Made by a program: the position numbers and the translations under genes
The notes under the pieces: generated by a model
What the model was told of the DNA's origin: nothing
The model's input: the letters and a program-made list of their open reading frames with translations, nothing else
The model's database searches: none
Shown here: piece after piece, positions 61,361 to 64,000 of the stretch
Position numbering within the stretch: the first letter of the stretch is position 1
How the letters are laid out: the number at the start of each line of letters is the position of its first letter
From: an uncultured Acidobacteriota bacterium
GTDB taxonomy: Bacteria > Acidobacteriota > UBA6911
Assembly (NCBI GenBank): GCA_963827655.1
Contig: CAWHCF010000002.1
Location: 160,001-224,000, forward strand
Length of the DNA: 64,000 bases
Direction of reading: 5' to 3'

Positions 61361-61725
61361 TCCAGATCACGCCACAGATGCGCATCCTGGTGGCGTTGGA
61401 GGCCGTGGACGGTCGCAAAGGCATCGATTCGCTGGCGCGCCTGTGTCAGGAGAAGCTCCGAGCGGACCCTTTTTCAGGCTGCTTGTTTGTTTTTCGGAGC
61501 CGGCGCGGCACGGCGATTCGTATTCTGGTGTACGACGGCCAAGGGTTTTGGCTGGCGCAGAAGCGACTGTCACGGGGGCGTTTTCGCTGGTGGCCGACAG
61601 GCCGCGATGCATGGGAAGTAGCGAAGTGTCTGGAGGCGCATCAACTGCAGGTTTTGTTGGCGGCGGGTGACCCCACTGCCACGCAGGCAGCGCCGCTGTG
61701 GCGGCGCGTAAGCGCGTCGGGGTGA
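61357..61725 (+). CDS. tnpB: IS66 accessory protein TnpB
   Basis: VDGRKGIDSL, DPFSGCLFVFRSR, YDGQGFWLAQKRL..GRFRW. Confidence 0.92.
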   Translation: MIQITPQMRILVALEAVDGRKGIDSLARLCQEKLRADPFSGCLFVFRSRRGTAIRILVYDGQGFWLAQKRLSRGRFRWWPTGRDAWEVAKCLEAHQLQVLLAAGDPTATQAAPLWRRVSASG

Positions 61726-61779
61726 GAAACGGCCGCTTCAGACTTGCGTTCTATCGGCGCTTCTGCTACCCTGCCGGAC

Positions 61780-62664
61780 ATGGAGGTGTTCCGTTACCGT
61801 GGGCGTGTGATCAGCGCAGCCGAGGTGGAGTTCATTCGCCAGCTAATCGCGTCGCTTCCGGAGGCCAGCCGTCGCCAGCTGTCCTTGAAGCTGTGCGAGG
61901 CATGGCAGTGGAAGCAGGCCAATGGTGCCCCGCGCGACATGGTGTGCCGAGGGTTGCTGCTCGGGCTCGAGCGGGCGGGGCAGCTCGAGTTACCAGCGGT
62001 GCATCATGTCCATCGCAATGCGTCGACTCGACGCAGAGCGAAAGAAGGCGAAGTGGTATTGGCGCCACTCGATACCACACGGCTCGACGCTCCGCTCGGG
62101 GCGATCCGGCCCCTTGAGTTCCGGCAGGTGCGGCGGGGGCCGGAGGAACCACTCTTTAATCACCTCATCGCCGAGTACCATCCGCTTGGATACACGCAGC
62201 CGGTGGGGGAGCACCTCAAGTACCTGGTGTATGCCGCGGGCCGTCCGATTGCCTGCCTGGCATGGTCGTCGGCGCCGCGACATCTGAGCGCCCGTGATCG
62301 TTACATCGGCTGGACACCTGAGGCGCGGCGCCGCAATCTCCGTTTCCTGGCCTACAATCCTCGCTTCCTCGTCTTGCCCTGGGTCCAGGTTCGGCACCTG
62401 GCATCGCACATTCTGGGTCAGATGGCGCGGCGGCTCGCGGGCGACTGGGAACGTCGCTACCATCACCCGGTCTATTTTCTGGAAACCTTCGTCGACCCTG
62501 AGCGGCACCGCGGCACCTGTTATCGGGCTGCGAACTGGGTAGTGATGGGGCGGACGACAGGCCGGGGGAACAACTGTCCTGACAAGCGACCGAACCGTTC
62601 GATCAAGGAAGTGCTGGGCTATCCGCTCACGCCGCGCTTTCGTGAGTTGCTTGCTGAGGGATAG
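61780..62664 (+). CDS. DUF4338 (DruA/Mom-like GNAT-fold) protein with N-terminal helical domain
   Basis: YHPLGY, RDRYIGW, RFLVLPWV, LASHIL, LETFVD, GTCYRAANW..GRTTGRG. Confidence 0.85.
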   Translation: MEVFRYRGRVISAAEVEFIRQLIASLPEASRRQLSLKLCEAWQWKQANGAPRDMVCRGLLLGLERAGQLELPAVHHVHRNASTRRRAKEGEVVLAPLDTTRLDAPLGAIRPLEFRQVRRGPEEPLFNHLIAEYHPLGYTQPVGEHLKYLVYAAGRPIACLAWSSAPRHLSARDRYIGWTPEARRRNLRFLAYNPRFLVLPWVQVRHLASHILGQMARRLAGDWERRYHHPVYFLETFVDPERHRGTCYRAANWVVMGRTTGRGNNCPDKRPNRSIKEVLGYPLTPRFRELLAEG

Positions 62665-62665
62665 G

Positions 62666-64000
62666 ATGAAGCCCGGATGCGAGGTGATTGAAGTGAATTT
62701 TGAAGAACTGACAGCGCTGATGGAGCGGGCGCGCCAGGGGCCGTTGGGAGAAGAGGATTGTCGGAAGCTTGAAGCCGCGATCCAGGCCCTGAGCCATCTG
62801 ATCGAGATGATCGGGGACAAGGACACGACGATCAGCCGCCTGCGCGCGCTATTGGCGAAGCCGAGCACGGAGAAGACGAGCAAAGTCCTCGAGCAGGCGG
62901 GCCTGGGAGCGACTCCGAAAAGCAGCCCCTCCCCGTCGTCGAGCGGGAAGCCCAAACCGGGGCACGGCCGCAATGGCGCGGCGGCATATCGCGAAGCCCG
63001 GCGCATCCGGATTGCGCACACCGCGTTGACGCCGGGGGATCGCTGCCCGCGCTGTTTGAAGGGCAAGGTCTACAGGCAGAAGGACCCCGCCCTGCGGATC
63101 CGCGTGGTAGGCCAGGCGCCGATCGAGGCAACGGTCTACGAGTTGGAACGCCTGCGCTGCAATCTGTGCGGTGACCTTTTCGAGGCGGAAGCGCCGGAGG
63201 GCGTGGGTGAGAAGAAATACGACGAGACGGCGGCGGCGATGATCGCGTTGCTGAAGTACGGAAGCGGTGTCCCGTTCTATCGGCTGGACGGGCTGGAGGC
63301 GAGTCTGGGCACTCCGTTGCCGAGCTCGACGCAGTGGGAGATTGTAGCGGAAACCGCGGGCGTTATTCGTCCCGCTTTCGACGAACTGATCCGCCAGGCG
63401 GCACAGGGGGAGGTTTTTTATAACGACGACACGAGTATGAAGGTCCTGGCGCTGGCGCGTCCTCGCCGCGCGGAGGTGAAAGAAGCATCCGCTAGCTCCG
63501 ATGAGCGGACGGGGCTGTTCACTTCGGGGATCGTGTCGACGCGGCAGGGGCAGCGGGTGGCGCTGTTCTTCACCGGGCGGCGGCACGCGGGCGAGAACTT
63601 CGCCCGGGTGCTGGCGCATCGGGCTGAGGGGCTGTCTCCGCCGATTCAGATGTGCGACGCGCTTTCGCGCAACCTCCCCAAGCTGCCGAAGAAGCTGGAA
63701 ATCATGGTGGGGAACTGCAATGCCCATGCCCGGCGTCACTTTGTGGAGGTGACGCCCAACTTTCCCGAGCAGTGTCGGTTCGTGCTGGAATCCCTAGGCC
63801 AGGTCTACGGCTATGATGCTCAGGCCGAGGAGCAAGGTCTATCGCCGCAGGAGCGGCTGCGCTTTCACCAGGAGCACAGCCTCCCGTGATGAATGCTCTG
63901 CACGCGTGGCTAGAGGCCCAGTTTGCCGAGAAGAAAGTCGAACCGAACTCCGGCTTGGGCTCCGCGATCGCATACGTCCTCCGTCACTGGGATCGCCTGA
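62666..64000 (+). CDS. tnpC: IS66-family DDE transposase TnpC (frameshift near 63885; partial at window end)
   Basis: Coiled coil, CPRC/CNLC zinc ribbon, VPFYRL, NDDT, MCDA, CNAHARRHF, EPNSGLGSAIAY. Confidence 0.9.

Larger units (their letters stand above)
60787..64000 (+). mobile_element. IS66-like element (tnpA-tnpB-DUF4338-tnpC), runs off the window
   Basis: Left boundary defined by loss of identity with the other IS6 copy after 60786; gene order as listed. Confidence 0.85.

Noticed and set aside
61708-61720. GTAAGCGCGTC resembling an IS66 terminal repeat
   Set aside because: Lies inside the tnpB coding end and no partner repeat is visible; probably coincidental, though it could be rechecked against the element's right end

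Overview
GC-rich bacterial window. The gene content (Oar-type TonB-dependent receptors, a DUF1592/DUF1552 pair, a multiheme-TPR protein, an ECF sigma plus Ser/Thr kinase pair) suggests an Acidobacteriota-like genome; this is inferred, not proven. It opens with a tightly coupled nurA-herA-sbcD-sbcC operon (the archaeal NurA/HerA/Mre11/Rad50 quartet). From 6.5 to 36 kb come secreted or periplasmic enzymes and two TonB receptors, separated by REP-like palindromes. From about 36 to 64 kb is a mosaic accessory region: three toxin-antitoxin pairs, IS1/IS6/integrase-core remnants, a ~130-bp inverted repeat pair bracketing 15 kb, an attC-like remnant, arginase plus ornithine carbamoyltransferase, and an IS66-like element carrying a DUF4338 (DruA/Mom-like) gene between tnpB and tnpC. 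About nine genes carry single-base frameshifts, many at short homopolymers, probably assembly indels. No rRNA, tRNA or CRISPR array was seen. All family calls come from motif recognition by eye, not database searches.
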